A DNA stretch of 64,000 bases from Azolla caroliniana (lineage: Eukaryota; Plantae; Polypodiophyta). Positions within the stretch are counted from its first letter, which is position 1. Every line of letters begins with the position of its first letter. The stretch spans positions 19,220,001 through 19,284,000 of the forward strand of contig JBHGNT010000010.1 in the NCBI GenBank assembly GCA_043228905.1. The letters run 5' to 3'. Positions 62,386 through 64,000 of this stretch are shown in pieces. The notes under the pieces are model-generated. The model ran no database searches, was not told the DNA's origin, and was given only the letters and a program-made list of their open reading frames with translations. The translations under genes were made by a program, and so were the position numbers.

Positions 62386-64000
62386 GGACATCTTCAAGAA
62401 CTTATATGAATCCCCTCTTTTTTATTTACATTCTTGATGGGGAGCCTATAGAACCCAACACAACATTTTCGTAATACATATGGGTTGCATCAAATATCTA
62501 CTTGGAGATAACACTTGAGAACTTCTCATTATGGTTTCTTACAGAAATAACTCATATTACCTTGATATCACAGTGGCAAAGCCACCATTCGTACTTGCAC
62601 ATGACAGACCGTGAAACCTTTCAATCAAATAACTCATAGCTGTCTCATGAGGCACATGTGGAAAATGTTCAAAAGACCAGGTTTTTGTTTGTATTATCAT
62701 GCTGTTTTAATATACACATCATGTTACAAAGAAAGAGAGAGAACACAGATAGTGGTGCCAATTGTTTGGAGATCGTGAGGTTGTGAGTTGGGTGCACTGA
62801 TAGTGGCATGTAAGGTTGGGAGAAGTGATATATGGTGTAACAAAGATGTGTGGAAGTCATAGAAATCCAGGAAGGGATCTGTGAGCCCATGGCGTCGAGT
62901 GCTGATATGATAGCCCAAGGTGTTTCTGAATCCTGGTTACCCAAATGTAATAGATTTTCCCGTGCTCTTGTTGGCTTATGACAAAGATAGGCCCCATTAC
63001 AAAAAACAAGTTGACTGTTAAAAGTTGAGGAGGGGTAATTGTGGAATTATGGAAAGATGAGGGACCATCTGGGATTTATATAAAAGTGGAGAAATGGAAG
63101 AGAGTCAAGACAGAGACTCCTTATTAATTTGATAAAAGGAAAGAGATAAATTGGAAAGACCAGACCATCTCTCTGTCCTTCTCACCCTCTCTATACACAT
63201 CGCTAGAGAGAGAGAGAAGAGCATGTGATGGAAACAGAGAAAACCACGAAGGAGTGAGAGTATGATAGAGAGAGTGGATAGAAAGCCTAGAAGGAGACGA
63301 TGTCTAGAGTGAGAAACACGTGATGGTCAAAGGTCCCCTGAGAGAGAGTGAATAAGATACTGAGAGACAGAGAGGAAGAAGAGGGGTTTCTTTCTTCTTC
63401 CTTTTCTTTTCTGTCACAGCAACAGAGAGATGGAAGCAATGAAACAGAATGACATATTTATCCTAAATTAATTCCTTTCTACTCTTCTGTACCAATTCTT
63501 CTTCTTCTTCTGCAATCTGTTCAATAGCTCCCATGGAAGCTCTGCCATTGTTTTCTTCAGGTAAAAAGGGAAGTAATAATACTGTTGTGGAATTTTAGGG
63601 TTAATTAATAGTCACAATTTGCATTCTGTTTTTTACTGTGGGGTTTTATATTTAGTCTGAAATTTTAAAGAATCAAATGTCATGAATTGCAGACTTTGGT
63701 GGGAATTTTTTGGGCTTCTGGCATAGATTACTTTTAAGACTTTCCTGTGAAATGTTATGGTTTTTTCCTCACAAATGGAAGAAACTATTAGGATTATAAC
63801 CTACTGTTATAGATTGCTTTGACCTGAAATATTGAGGTTATTTCACATAACATAGGCTTGAGTGTTTAATTTTAGGGTCAAATTGTCACAGATCACATTT
63901 TCCAGTATGAAAATTTAGGTTGTTGCTATGAATTTTGTATGTTTTCCAAGGATCAACTAGATAGTGTTCATGCATGTATTGCCCATGTGAAGGGTTATTT

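Overview
AT-rich land-plant nuclear DNA. The spliceosomal introns, (CT)n/(TACA)n microsatellites, PLS-class PPR gene and Tcn1-like gypsy remnant suggest a seed-free plant such as a fern (inference). Seven host genes can be read: (1) a two-exon, atypical small thaumatin-like protein (-); (2) an eight-exon DCP1 decapping activator (+); (3) an AT-hook MNM1-like gene (+) preceded by a spliced uORF; (4) a three-exon COMPANION OF CELLULOSE SYNTHASE/LEA_2 homolog (+); (5) an unrecognised intronless ORF with a G-box/TATA promoter (+); (6) an intronless PLS-E-type PPR gene with a divergent C-terminus (-); (7) the first exon of an organelle-targeted protein (+). The mobile DNA comprises a structurally complete, young Ty1/copia element (46884-52593; TSD CAAGA; two Trp-to-stop lesions; CCGG-rich), a fused pair of decayed copia elements, a nested gypsy/copia/LTR cluster, solo LTRs, LINE remnants, a Helitron 3' end and hAT-like MITEs. 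There is also a recurrent ~200-bp element built from two convergent tRNA-like Pol III heads. I cannot claim a wholly new multi-gene system. The best leads are the double-headed SINE-like element, the re-wired thaumatin, the spliced uORF, the CCGG signature of the copia element and the orphan gene. All coordinates and counts were derived by hand.
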